Shown piece by piece: positions 1 to 10,224 of a stretch of 64,000 nucleotides of DNA. Position 1 is the first letter of the stretch, and every line of letters begins with the position of its first letter. Under the pieces are notes generated by a model. It was not told the DNA's origin and ran no database searches. It was given only the letters and a program-made list of their open reading frames with translations. A program made the position numbers and the translations under genes. The stretch is from an uncultured Chlamydiales bacterium (GTDB taxonomy: Bacteria > Chlamydiota > Chlamydiia > Chlamydiales > JAAKFR01): contig OY969414.1 in NCBI GenBank assembly GCA_963699155.1, positions 939,757 through 1,003,756 of the forward strand. The letters are read 5' to 3'.

Positions 1-328
1 CGAGCCCTTGTTCGATCAACCAGAGTATCGCCTGGTGTGTCTGGTCGAAAAAGTTTTCTAAGGGGTAATGGCCAGCCGCCATCTCTTTTGCCCACCATTC
101 CATCGCGTGAAATTTATTCAGTCCGGGCCCATGGCCGGGGATAGTGAAGGAGAAGACGCGGATGGAGTCGTCGGCGATCAGCAGGGGTGGTTGGCTGTAG
201 GGATGGAGGGTGAGACTCTCTTCGCCAGATAGAGCCAAGTAAAAAAAAGCAGGGAGCGAACCCTCCTCAGCGGTGGGGCCTAAAAAGTCGATGCGCCTAT
301 TTTGATTATCGAACAGGGTTTGACTCAT
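1..328 (-). CDS. Partial hypothetical protein, probably alpha/beta-hydrolase-like (runs off the left edge)
   Basis: Manual translation MSQTLFDNQNRRIDFLGPTAEEGSLPAFFYLALSGEESL...RVFSFTIPGHG...; the start overlaps the pcnB stop and there is no stop before position 1. Confidence 0.6.
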   Translation of the reverse strand, partial: MSQTLFDNQNRRIDFLGPTAEEGSLPAFFYLALSGEESLTLHPYSQPPLLIADDSIRVFSFTIPGHGPGLNKFHAMEWWAKEMAAGHYPLENFFDQTHQAILWLIEQGL

Positions 329-1520
329 ACTCATCGCTTTTTTGCAGAATGCGTTTCCAATGCTCGTACGACTTAAAGAGGTCGTGCTGGATGACAGCGC
401 GTAGTTTTAAAAAAGTAAGAGCATGGTTGAATCCCTTCTGCCTCACAATACGGGTGCGAGGCCTGCGGGATTTATCGATAGGAGTCAGACGATACTGCAT
501 CTGGAGGATAAAGAGAGAGCCCAGTCGTATTTTGCGCGGAAAATGGGAAAAGGCTTCGAAAAGCAGCTCATGTACTAAAGTTTCGCTTAAGTCCATGATC
601 TCGCCAAATTGAGGAACCAGCCCTTGGCTGGTATAGCGTTGGTCAATCTGATGTTCTAGAATGGGAAAGAGCAGAGCAGAGGCTAGGAGCGAACGATCTA
701 AGGTTTTATATTGACCTTGCGTATTCATCGAATCAGCCGCTTTAAGATAGCTATAGATCAATTCACTGGTTGCTTCATCTCGAAAGAAAAGTTGGAGTCG
801 TGGAAAAAGAATGGTCAGCATCTCCGACTCATAGAGAAGTCGGAAAAACTGTTCCGAAGTACCCGACTCTAGCATCCTGAAGAGCTCTTCCAAAACCCTT
901 GCAGGGGAACTTTTGATGATCTCGTTGCGGCATTCAACCAGAGCTTGATTGGCCACAGGATCCACATGGAAGCCAAAACGGGCGCGGAATTTCAGCATGC
1001 GGATCATCCGCACGGGATCTTGCTTAAAGCGCAAAACAGGATCACCGATCACATGGAGGTAATGCTTCTTGAGATCTTCAAACCCTCCCACATAGTCGAT
1101 AATTTTATGATCCAATGGGTCATAAAAGAGACCATTGATGGTAAAATCTCTCCTTAAAACATCTTCCTCAGGCGTCCCCCATACATTATCACGAGTCACC
1201 AGCTCTTCCTCAGTAGTGTCTCCCGATCTAAAGGTCGATACTTCGATGATCTGCTTGCCAAAACGGATATGGGCTAACCTGAACCGTCGCCCAATCAAGA
1301 TGCTATTGCGAAACAGCCCCTTAATCTCCTCGGGCTTCGCCGAAGTAGAGATATCAAAGTCTTTGGGCTTCTTCCGCATTAAAAGGTCTCTCACCCCTCC
1401 CCCCACCAGATAGGCAGTATAGCCCGCCTCATGAAGTCTCTTCAGCACGCTCAAAGCATTCGTATCAATCAGATCGTTCCGAATATGGTGATCTTCGCTA
1501 GTATAAATTTTCGGTTCCAC
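306..1520 (-). CDS. pcnB: Poly(A) polymerase I / tRNA nucleotidyltransferase family
   Basis: YLVGGGVRDLL...KDFDIST, PAP signature LIGRRFRLAHIRF, RRDFTINGLFY, DPVRMIR. Confidence 0.92.
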   Translation of the reverse strand: MEPKIYTSEDHHIRNDLIDTNALSVLKRLHEAGYTAYLVGGGVRDLLMRKKPKDFDISTSAKPEEIKGLFRNSILIGRRFRLAHIRFGKQIIEVSTFRSGDTTEEELVTRDNVWGTPEEDVLRRDFTINGLFYDPLDHKIIDYVGGFEDLKKHYLHVIGDPVLRFKQDPVRMIRMLKFRARFGFHVDPVANQALVECRNEIIKSSPARVLEELFRMLESGTSEQFFRLLYESEMLTILFPRLQLFFRDEATSELIYSYLKAADSMNTQGQYKTLDRSLLASALLFPILEHQIDQRYTSQGLVPQFGEIMDLSETLVHELLFEAFSHFPRKIRLGSLFILQMQYRLTPIDKSRRPRTRIVRQKGFNHALTFLKLRAVIQHDLFKSYEHWKRILQKSDEYESNPVR

Positions 1521-1752
1521 GGCAAAACATCATACCACAACGAGGAGAAAAGATCATCCTCTAGAATTTACTATGTGTTTTGAAAAAAAAAGAAGATAAT
1601 CTGCGGAGATCCGCCGCGTCCAATCGGCCACCACCACATCGCCCCCTGCCCTTTTTTTCAAGCTATTCAATTTGAAGGTTTAGATTAAAAAGGAAACTTG
1701 TAGACATGTCGGGTGGGTTGCGTCACTTCGTGTCAGCAACCCCCCAGCGACC

Positions 1753-3120
1753 TAATGCCGTCAAGTTAAGGAAATTTCTATTAGTTTATAAAAAAGTTCA
1801 TGGCATCTTAGCCCTTATTCATTACCACACGAAAAGGAGATGCCATGAAGACGTTCGAGATAGTCTGTAAAAGAATAAATCATCTCATATTGGCCCCTTC
1901 CTTTAAAGAGAGATTTCGATCCCGTCCCGAGGATTTTACTCGCATGCGTTGTCTTTCTTTTGAGCTTATTGTTTTTTCGATTCTCGATCTTGCCAAAAAA
2001 TGCCTTCAGATTACTTTGAATGAATTGTTTACTGGAATAGGTCTTAACGCTGTTACAAAATAGGCTTTTTCTCTCTCAAGGCATAAGGTTACGTGGGAGG
2101 CTTTCAAAGTATTACACGAAGAGGTAGTGAATACTTTTTATAGCTCATCCCCTTACAGGCTTTTGTGGGGCAAATATCTAGTCATAGCAATGGATGGAAG
2201 CTCCATAACACTCTCTAATTCTAGCGATTTAATTGACTATTTTGGAAAGGTCATCAATCAATTTTCAGAATGCTCCATGGGAAGAATTTCGCTTCTTTTT
2301 GATGTGCTGAATAAAATTACACTCGACGTGCGAATTGTTCCCTGCGAATCTTCAGAAAAAGTCATGGCAATCGAGCATTTGCAGTGGCTTGCTGAGTTTA
2401 AGAGAAAGGTGAAGAAAAAGATCGTTCTTATTTTTGATAGAGGCTATCCATGCACCGGAATTTTTCTACTTCTTCAAAAGCATGGAATTGACTTTGTTTG
2501 TAGAGCGCAGTCTAAGGTGAACGGTGGGCTTATAAGTCAATTGGGCTCACAGAAAGATGGACAAGTGGTAGCAAAGCCAAATAGGGGAAACAAAAAGAAA
2601 ATACTCAAAACATGGTTTCGGGAAGAAAAATTGACAAACGAGAGATCAGTATTGAGATGCGTTCGTACATCCAAAAAAGATATTTATTTAACTTCGCTAA
2701 AAAAGATAAAGCCTAAACAAGTAAAGAACTTATATTTAAAAAGATGGGGAATAGAACTTGACTATCGAACAATAAAAGCTGACACATTACTGGAAAACTT
2801 TAGTGGGCGGAAGCCAAACACCATTTTTCAAGAGATCTATGCAACAGTGATAATTCAAAACCTGGCAAGAATACTTGAGTTCGATCTCAGTAAGAGGTGT
2901 GCAAAAGGGCGATTCCCTAATCATCGAGAAGTTTTGGGAATAATAAGACTAGTTTTAAGGAATATGCATCTGAAAAAAAAGCCCTTGGTAGATATTTTGA
3001 GGCAAATAAAGATAAATTGGGAAAGAGAAAGGAAGGGAAGAAAATGTCCTAGGCCTATAGCTGATTATAGGCTCAAGACTAGGTTTACAAGGCTTTGTTA
3101 TGCTTAACTTGACGGCATTA
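1753..3120 (+). mobile_element. IS4-family insertion sequence, 1368 bp
   Basis: Perfect 18-bp terminal inverted repeats TAATGCCGTCAAGTTAAG (1753-1770 / 3103-3120); 10-bp direct repeat CCCAGCGACC at 1743-1752 and 3121-3130. Confidence 0.93.
1845..3107 (+). pseudogene. IS4-family DDE transposase interrupted by an in-frame TAG at 2061-2063
   Basis: ORFs 1845-2063 and 2127-3107 share a frame; the junction reads VTK*AFSLSR; motifs AMDGS, FDRGY and Y-x2-RW-x-IE. Confidence 0.88.
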
Positions 3121-3194
3121 CCCAGCGACCTAATACCGTCAAGTTAAGGAAATCCGCAGTTATTATAAGGGGAGGGCCCCTCGCGCCGTTGGCG

Positions 3195-4437
3195 TGTATA
3201 GTATCAAGACATAGGTAACACTTTGTATCAGGACATAGGTTACACTCATTAATTTTTTGATGAGGTAACTATGCCATGGGATAACAGAGGACTTATGTCT
3301 TTAAGAGAAGAATTTATAAGCGCGGCCAAAGAAAAAATAGATACGATTAGTAATCTAGCTCGAAAATACAGTATCAGTCGAAAAACTGCCTATAAATGGC
3401 TCCAGAGATATGCAGAAGAGGGGAAGTTGGGCCTTAACAATCGGTCTAAACGGCCTACTCATATGCCTTCTAGATTAGATACAGAGAATGTGGAGCTCAT
3501 TTTGTCTAAAAGAGCTCAATATCCTTGCTGGGGAGCAAAAAAATTACGACAGGTATTGATCAATGAAGGCCATCAAGTTTTACCAAGCATTGCTTCCTTC
3601 AATCGCATATTGCATCGTCAGAACCAAATTTCAGCTATGGAAACATCTAAAAGACAGGGCTGTATACGATTTCAAAGAGATTATCCAAATGAATTATGGC
3701 AAATGGACTTTAAAGGGTTTTTTGCTGTGATTGAAGGCCGATGCTACCCACTCACCGTTTTAGATGATTGTTCACGATTTTCAATATGCATTAAAGCCTG
3801 CGGCGCAGAGGATACCATTTCGGTTCGTACAGCATTGGAAGAGGCATTTCGTGAATATGGGCTTCCAGATGCAATGACTATGGATAATGGCTCTCCTTGG
3901 AAAGGCTACCCTACCCAAAGGTTATCCAAGCTGACGATTTGGTTGATGAGACTTGGCATTAAAGTTGGACACTCTAGACCACATCATCCTCAAACCCAAG
4001 GGAAGGATGAAAGGTTTCATCGGACTTTGAAAGCAGAAGTCTTAAAATATCATAATTTTAAAGATTTGGCAGATGCTCAAAGGGGTTTAAATGAGTGGAG
4101 GAATGTATACAATTACATTCGGCCACATGAAGCCATAGATATGCTTTGTCCTGCACAAAGGTATAAACGCAGTGAAAGAGAATTTCCTGAAAAGCTCCCC
4201 TCGATAGAGTATGAAATGGAAGATGAAGTAAGACAGGTTAGACGAGGAGGAGAAATAAAATTTAAAGGACGACAGTATTATGTAGGAGAGTATCTACATG
4301 GAGAGCCTGTAGCATTACGCCAAAAGGGAGAACGTAGATGGGACATTTACTATGTCAAGACTAGGATTGGTAGTTTTGATGAAAAAGTGTAACCTATGTC
4401 TTGATACAAAGTGTTACCTATGTCTTGAGACTTTACA
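3195..4437 (+). mobile_element. IS481-family insertion sequence, 1243 bp
   Basis: TGT...ACA ends; ~52-bp imperfect terminal IRs (3 mismatches), each with two copies of GACATAGGT(A/T)ACAC. Confidence 0.92.
3271..4392 (+). CDS. IS481-family transposase
   Basis: N-terminal HTH (ISRKTAYKWLQRY); rve core with WQMDFKG, TVLDDCSR, MDNGSPW, PQTQGKDERFHRTLK. Confidence 0.93.
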   Translation: MPWDNRGLMSLREEFISAAKEKIDTISNLARKYSISRKTAYKWLQRYAEEGKLGLNNRSKRPTHMPSRLDTENVELILSKRAQYPCWGAKKLRQVLINEGHQVLPSIASFNRILHRQNQISAMETSKRQGCIRFQRDYPNELWQMDFKGFFAVIEGRCYPLTVLDDCSRFSICIKACGAEDTISVRTALEEAFREYGLPDAMTMDNGSPWKGYPTQRLSKLTIWLMRLGIKVGHSRPHHPQTQGKDERFHRTLKAEVLKYHNFKDLADAQRGLNEWRNVYNYIRPHEAIDMLCPAQRYKRSEREFPEKLPSIEYEMEDEVRQVRRGGEIKFKGRQYYVGEYLHGEPVALRQKGERRWDIYYVKTRIGSFDEKV

Positions 4438-4599
4438 CGCTTTGCGCTCGCCCCCCCTCCCCTTTTAACCCCTCTCCCGCCCGATTTTGTGCTTGAGGTA
4501 TGCGGGTGCCTCTTGCTCGAATATCCCTCCGGACTTCATCTTCTGCTTTGACCCCGTTCATGTCTGGGGAAGGTCTCTCTGTTCATCGGTCTTGCTTTC

Positions 4600-4878
4600 A
4601 GCCTTGGGTGCTTAACTCTTCTTCGATTTCTTGGATTGTGGGGAGGCTAGAGCGGAGATCTTCGGGAATGGCTTTGGTGAGCATAGTTTCATACTCGACA
4701 ACTCCCATGGGGCGTTCGACTTCTTAGGATTTTTGAGTTTTTCTAAAATGAGAGCATTATGACCCCAAGGGATTCCCCATCCCTCTTGAGATTGTCTTTC
4801 CGCAATGTCTTGACTTTCCAATAAAGTTGAAGGAGTTCGGAATTGACTGCCTGGGCCGCTTTGAGTTGGGTCTCAGCC
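4600..4878 (-). pseudogene. Internally deleted, frameshifted remnant of a DUF1016/YhcG PD-(D/E)xK nuclease family gene
   Basis: Fragments in different frames: QLKAAQAVNSELLQLYW, DIAERQSQEGWG, IPWGHNALILEKLK and C-terminal PMGVVEY...IPEDLRSSLPTIQEIEEEL. Confidence 0.7.
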
Positions 4879-4879
4879 C

Positions 4880-5194
4880 TCATGGCTTGAGAAACTGGCT
4901 CCTCACCTCTTCACTTAAAGCCCTATGTAAAGAATAGTGGTTAAGTGCGCCAACAACTATTCCATACACGAGAGCTATTACAGACGTGCCCGCTACAAAG
5001 AAGTTGATCGTAGCAAAAATGTAATGGCCTCCAGGATTACAAACAATGTTCACACTGATGATAAGAGCCACGGCTGCAATGATTGCAATGACAAACCCGA
5101 TGCTCCTATTCTCGTCATATTTATTAAGTTCTGCCTGCCCTTTCATTGAGAGTCGATCACTTTTTGCAGCTTCCGCAAAAGATATAGATGACAT
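4880..5194 (-). CDS. Small hypothetical membrane protein with a bilobed hydrophobic region (Inc-like)
   Basis: Two adjacent TM segments separated by a short loop; purine-rich SD and AT-rich upstream region. Confidence 0.6.
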   Translation of the reverse strand: MSSISFAEAAKSDRLSMKGQAELNKYDENRSIGFVIAIIAAVALIISVNIVCNPGGHYIFATINFFVAGTSVIALVYGIVVGALNHYSLHRALSEEVRSQFLKP

Positions 5195-5375
5195 ATAATT
5201 TCCTTTTTTTAAAGAAATTATATCATTTTTATATTAATTTTTTATTAATAATTAAAAATGAAGAGAACGAATATATCTTCTAAGATTCCTTCAGAACAAT
5301 GTGACTTGGCGTAAAAATTTTCAAAGCTACTAAAGAAAAAATTCGGCTATAATTCGGTCCTGCTTGAGAGGATGA

Positions 5376-6818
5376 ATGAGTGAAGATAGCCGCTATGGAA
5401 TTCGACTGGCAATCATCTATGGGATCATTTGGTTTATTGATCTCTTAGATGCCTCTCTTCTCAATGTGGCTCTTCCAGAAATATCAAAATATTTCCATAT
5501 TGGTCCGGCGGATGCTGAGTGGGCATTGATCGGTTTTTTATTGGCCATGGTGATTGGCATGCTCCTCAGTGCGCCTTCTACTAAAAATTTTGGCAATAGG
5601 CCGGTTTTCTTGTTCTCACAGTGGATGTATCTGGTGAGTTCGCTGGCTTGCGGCTTGTCCGTGCATTTTTCTGAACTCGTTCTGTTTCGGATTCTCCAGG
5701 GCTTTGCCGGGGGATTGGCCATTCCCTTGGGAATGTATCTGATCATGACGGTTATGCCTCATGATCTTTGGGCTAAAACGGGAGCTTGTATCAACTTCTT
5801 TTCCCTGCTTGCTCCAGCACTGGGTCCTATCTTGGCTGGGTACATCACTAGCTACCTTAACTGGAGATGGCTCTTTTTGATTAAACTTCCGATTTCGCTG
5901 ATAGCACTATTGTTATCTCATGCATGGGTGAAGCGTGATTTGGAGAAAAAAAATGAACGGTTTGATTGGTTTGGGTTTCTTTTTGCTTCCTTGAGCCTCA
6001 GTTTTTTACTACTTGTAATCAGCCAGGTAGGGAATTCATTCTTTTCAGACATGCAACTCATCCTTTTCTTAATTTTAGCTATTTTTTGTGGCGCTCTTTT
6101 CATTTGGCAGGAAAAAAGAGCCCTTCATCCTATCGTACCTTTTAAACTTTTCCACTACCGTTTATTCGCCTGGGGTAATCTCATCCAATCGGCTGCGAAT
6201 ATGCTCTTCTTGGGGGCCACCTTCATCGTAGCGATCTACCTCCAGCGTGGATTGAATTTTTCGATCACTGAAACAGGTTGGATCATGTCAGCGATTACAC
6301 TGGGCATGATGTGCGTGATGCCCCTGACGGGAAAATATTATAACCGATGGGGTCCTGTTCCTTTTATCGTTCCTGGATTGCTTTTAATGTCTTTTGCTAT
6401 GTTCGGATTGCTATTTGTATCCTCTCAAACATCGCCTTGGTTGATTGCTCTCCTCATTTTTTGCGAAGGGGCAGGTTCTGCAGCTGTCCAAAGTGCCAAT
6501 TTTGTCTCCATTTTCAGTGAGATTCCAACCAAATTGAAAGCTTCAGGGAGCTCCCTCTATTCCCTCTTCAAACAAATTTCCGCTAGCTTTGGCATTGCCC
6601 TGTCCACAATGGTACTCTCCTTTAGCATGAACCATAAAGGGATTTCTTCCACTGCTTCTCATGTTCCCCAAGATGCCTTTTACGGCTCTTTTATCCTTTT
6701 AGGAGCCATTCCATTATTCTCTCTTCTCTGCGTTTTCCGCATTGATAATCAACGTGCACTCAAAAAGCTTGCCTCACACGATCATCTCGACACCGAATTC
6801 GAGCACGGAGTCGATTAA
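5376..6818 (+). CDS. MFS drug:H+ antiporter, DHA2 (EmrB/QacA) family
   Basis: LDASLLNVALPEI, FRILQGFAGG, APALGPILAGYI...WRWLF; ~14 TM segments. Confidence 0.9.
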   Translation: MSEDSRYGIRLAIIYGIIWFIDLLDASLLNVALPEISKYFHIGPADAEWALIGFLLAMVIGMLLSAPSTKNFGNRPVFLFSQWMYLVSSLACGLSVHFSELVLFRILQGFAGGLAIPLGMYLIMTVMPHDLWAKTGACINFFSLLAPALGPILAGYITSYLNWRWLFLIKLPISLIALLLSHAWVKRDLEKKNERFDWFGFLFASLSLSFLLLVISQVGNSFFSDMQLILFLILAIFCGALFIWQEKRALHPIVPFKLFHYRLFAWGNLIQSAANMLFLGATFIVAIYLQRGLNFSITETGWIMSAITLGMMCVMPLTGKYYNRWGPVPFIVPGLLLMSFAMFGLLFVSSQTSPWLIALLIFCEGAGSAAVQSANFVSIFSEIPTKLKASGSSLYSLFKQISASFGIALSTMVLSFSMNHKGISSTASHVPQDAFYGSFILLGAIPLFSLLCVFRIDNQRALKKLASHDHLDTEFEHGVD

Positions 6819-6844
6819 TGCAGATGTTTAATACAATTCAGCCA

Positions 6845-7375
6845 TTACCAATGATCTTCTGTGACGGCATCATATTCTTCTTGCGAGAGCTTTTCAGCTT
6901 CCCTAAAAGCAGATTCCCAGGCCTGTTTTGGGCTACTACAATACTTAAGGTTACTTTCAAATTCATAGGAAGCATCGTCGATGAATTGTTCTTCTTGTGT
7001 CAGTCCCTTCCAAACAGCCGGAACAACCGCTAGCACAGTGCCGAGAACGGGTATGGGAGTCAGGCCTAGAACCCCCCTAATCCCTTCGACTACGGAAGAG
7101 AGAGTTGCACCACACTCTTGTTTCATGGTCTTGAGTTTTTCTCTGTATAAATGAATTTGATGAAGATCTTCGATCTGAGTCTGCAAGCCTTGAACTTGTT
7201 GTTTGAGTTGTCTGTTTTCTTCTTCCAATCTTGCGAAGTCTGAGTTTCGTTGAGTGAGAATTTCTGAAATTAAACTAGCGAGTGCTCTATTTTTGACCTC
7301 TTCGGGTACTCCTCGGCGCTGAAGAATTTCTAATGCTTCTGACTGATCTCTTACTGATGACAAAGCTGGTGCCAT
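6845..7375 (-). CDS. Hypothetical coiled-coil protein with a hydrophobic segment
   Basis: 176-aa ORF with AGGAG SD; heptad region RLEEENRQLKQQVQGLQTQIEDL. Confidence 0.6.
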   Translation of the reverse strand: MAPALSSVRDQSEALEILQRRGVPEEVKNRALASLISEILTQRNSDFARLEEENRQLKQQVQGLQTQIEDLHQIHLYREKLKTMKQECGATLSSVVEGIRGVLGLTPIPVLGTVLAVVPAVWKGLTQEEQFIDDASYEFESNLKYCSSPKQAWESAFREAEKLSQEEYDAVTEDHW

Positions 7376-7414
7376 AAATCCTCCTTTTCAGAGAGATGAT
7401 ATATTTTCTAATAG

Positions 7415-8788
7415 TTACTTTCGAGAGGAGACTTTCTGGAAGAGGGTGGGGAAGGCGTGGGCCGAGTACTTGTGGCGGAGCTGGGTGTAGAGATCGATGG
7501 GGTAGATGGTGTTGAAGGTGGGTTCGTCATAGTAGACAAAGCTGTAGAGCATCTTGCGGCCGCCGAAGTGGAGGAGATCTTTTTCGAGTTGGGCTGAGAG
7601 GTAGGGGATGGAGGTGGTAGGGGGAGGACGGCCATAGAGGCCAATGTTGAGGAAGTGGGAGTGTCCATAGTGGGGGGAGAGGAATTGGGTTTGGCTCCCT
7701 TTTATGGGGCAGAGCCAGATGGGAAAGATCTGAGTGAGCTCCATCCAGCGCTGGAGGGCTTGGTGGGCGTGCGGGAAGGGGGTATAGAAGTCATGGATGA
7801 AGAAGAGATTTTCTGAAACGGTGTTAGGGATGCGATGCCAGAGATGGTAGAGGCGGTGGCTGGGAAAATACCAGCCGAAGAGAAGGCGGAGAAGGAGAGA
7901 AGGGTTAAGGGGAGAGGGTTCAATTTCGGGAATTCCCCAATGAAAGATCGATTGGAGGAGGGTTTGGAAGGAGAGGATGTAGCGTCCGATCCAAAAGGCT
8001 CCACGGTCATGGCGGAAGAGGTATTGGAGGGTGGGAATCGTTTCTTGGTGCGGGCGGTCTTGCTGGAGATGCTGCGCAAACCAGCGCGACCAAGGAAAGG
8101 ATTGCTTGTAGATAGGGCTTTGAAGAGAGTCTGTTAGGGTCGCCTCGACCACAACCGCTTCAGAGGGCGAAAAAACGATTCCTTCGATTCCATCAGTTGA
8201 TGAGGGAAGGGTCAGTTTTTTGACTGCTTCTTCGGGATGGTTAAACCAGTGGGTATGAAGCTGCACGAAGGGTTTGGCGGGGATCAAACGTAGGCGGACC
8301 GCAGTCAAAAGGGCTAAAGTTCCATAAGATCCTGAAATGGCGTAGAAAAGATCGGAGTGCTCTTCGGGAGAAGCGGTGATTTTGTCGCCATTACCTAAAA
8401 GCAGCTCATAGCTCAAACAGTGGTCGCTCACCTGACCATAGCGGTGGGAGGTGCTTTCGATCGCAGCTCCCGTGATGGCGCCGCCAACCGTGATGGAGGG
8501 AAACTCAGGAACAACGGGCGGAAGCAGGCCATGTTTGAGGGTAAAGCGGCATAAAGTTCCAAAGGTGATACGCGGTTCCACCAAAATGGAGCCAGTTTGG
8601 GGATCAAATTCGAGAATCTGATTGAATGGAGAGAGATCAAGCGAGTGGCTCTTTTTTTTATAGTCGCCATTACGCAGAGTGTTTGAGGAGCGATTCTGTT
8701 TTAAAGAAAAGCGTCCTTTTTTTTGAGTTAAAGTCTGCTGAAGTTTCTCGACCTCTTGGAAGTGCGCTTGAGGCTTTTTAAATTTCAT
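7415..8788 (-). CDS. FAD-binding oxidoreductase, delta(24)-sterol reductase (DHCR24)-like
   Basis: PVVPEFPSITVGGAITGAAIESTSHRYG, DLFYAISGSYGTL, YLFRHDRGAFW, FPIWLCP, GGRKMLY; likely start at MKFKK. Confidence 0.8.
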   Translation of the reverse strand: MKFKKPQAHFQEVEKLQQTLTQKKGRFSLKQNRSSNTLRNGDYKKKSHSLDLSPFNQILEFDPQTGSILVEPRITFGTLCRFTLKHGLLPPVVPEFPSITVGGAITGAAIESTSHRYGQVSDHCLSYELLLGNGDKITASPEEHSDLFYAISGSYGTLALLTAVRLRLIPAKPFVQLHTHWFNHPEEAVKKLTLPSSTDGIEGIVFSPSEAVVVEATLTDSLQSPIYKQSFPWSRWFAQHLQQDRPHQETIPTLQYLFRHDRGAFWIGRYILSFQTLLQSIFHWGIPEIEPSPLNPSLLLRLLFGWYFPSHRLYHLWHRIPNTVSENLFFIHDFYTPFPHAHQALQRWMELTQIFPIWLCPIKGSQTQFLSPHYGHSHFLNIGLYGRPPPTTSIPYLSAQLEKDLLHFGGRKMLYSFVYYDEPTFNTIYPIDLYTQLRHKYSAHAFPTLFQKVSSRK

Positions 8789-8850
8789 CCATAGCCTGGA
8801 AGTAAAATCATAAGTTAGGTATACCATGCATTCAAATTTGGGAAACAGAA

Positions 8851-10221
8851 ATGGCAACAAAATTTAAACTATTTGGGACGGATGGGGTTCGCGGACGCGC
8901 CAACCATTTCCCCATGACTGTCGAAGTGGCGATGATGTTGGGAAAGGCTGTGGCGAAGATTTTGAGAAAACATCCCGGCAAGCACCGCGTCGTCATAGGA
9001 AAAGATACGCGACTCTCCTGCTATATGTTTGAAAATGGCCTCGTAGCGGGCCTCAACTCGATGGGGGTCGATACATTGATGGTAGGGCCCTTACCCACTC
9101 CTGGAGTCGCCTTTATCACGAGAGCTTACCGCGCCGACGCGGGGATCGTCATTTCCGCTTCTCACAACCCTTTTTACGATAACGGCATCAAGATCTTTTC
9201 TTCAGATGGATTTAAACTTCCCGATTCAGTAGAGGAAGAGATGGAGGCGATGATCGAATCGCAAGATTTTGCAGATATTCCCGATGACTACGATGTCGGA
9301 AGAAACAAAAGAATCGCCGATGCGGATGGACGCTACATCGAATTTGTCAAAGCGACATTTCCTAAAGGAAAGACACTCAAAGGGCTGAGAATCTTTCTCG
9401 ATTGCGCGAATGGAGCTGCCCACAGAGTAGCTCCTCAAGCCTTTTGGGAGCTAGATGCTGAAATTTTTGTGACGGGGAATGAGCCAAACGGCATCAACAT
9501 TAATCGGGAGTGTGGCGCTCTTCATCCTTCGGTCATTCAAAAAGGGGTGATCGAAAACAAAGCCAATGTAGGGATCGCTCTCGATGGAGATGCAGATCGT
9601 GTCATCATGGTCGATGAGAAGGGCCATCTGATCGATGGCGATACGATGCTGGCGATCTGTGCCAATGAGATGAAACGGCGGGATATGTTAAAAAACAATC
9701 GAGTCGTCGCCACTGTGATGACCAATTTTGGTGTCGTTAAGTATTTGGAATCGCTAGGAATCGAGGTTTTTCTCTCCAAGGTGGGAGATCGTTATGTGAT
9801 TCAAGATATGTTGACACATAAAGCGATTTTGGGTGGCGAGCAGAGCGGACATCTCATCTTTCTCGACCACAACACAACGGGAGATGGTATTGTCTCCGCC
9901 ATGCAGATCTTGCGGATCATGATTGAAAGTGAATCTACCCTCTCTGATTTAGCGAGTGGCGTGAAAAAATTTCCTCAAACTCTTGTCAATGTTCCCGTCA
10001 AGAAAAAGACCCCTTTGACGCAGCTGAAAAGCGTCTTGGATGTCATAGAAGAGGTGGAAAAAGAATTGGGTGACCAAGGTCGCGTCATTGTCCGATTTTC
10101 AGGGACTGAAAATCTATGCCGCGTCATGGTGGAAGGCCCTAAAAAGCATCAAGTGGATCAGCTTGCTGCCACAATTGCTCACGCAGTTGAAAAAGAAATT
10201 GGGATGAAACAGAAGAAGTAG
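8851..10221 (+). CDS. glmM: Phosphoglucosamine mutase
   Basis: FGTDGVRG, VISASHNP, DGDADR, GGEQSGH. Confidence 0.97.
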   Translation: MATKFKLFGTDGVRGRANHFPMTVEVAMMLGKAVAKILRKHPGKHRVVIGKDTRLSCYMFENGLVAGLNSMGVDTLMVGPLPTPGVAFITRAYRADAGIVISASHNPFYDNGIKIFSSDGFKLPDSVEEEMEAMIESQDFADIPDDYDVGRNKRIADADGRYIEFVKATFPKGKTLKGLRIFLDCANGAAHRVAPQAFWELDAEIFVTGNEPNGININRECGALHPSVIQKGVIENKANVGIALDGDADRVIMVDEKGHLIDGDTMLAICANEMKRRDMLKNNRVVATVMTNFGVVKYLESLGIEVFLSKVGDRYVIQDMLTHKAILGGEQSGHLIFLDHNTTGDGIVSAMQILRIMIESESTLSDLASGVKKFPQTLVNVPVKKKTPLTQLKSVLDVIEEVEKELGDQGRVIVRFSGTENLCRVMVEGPKKHQVDQLAATIAHAVEKEIGMKQKK

Positions 10222-10224
10222 ATC

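Noticed and set aside
2061..2063. Stop codon reassignment or programmed readthrough in the transposase
   Set aside because: Housekeeping genes such as glmM and rplT end normally in TAG; a single nonsense mutation is simpler
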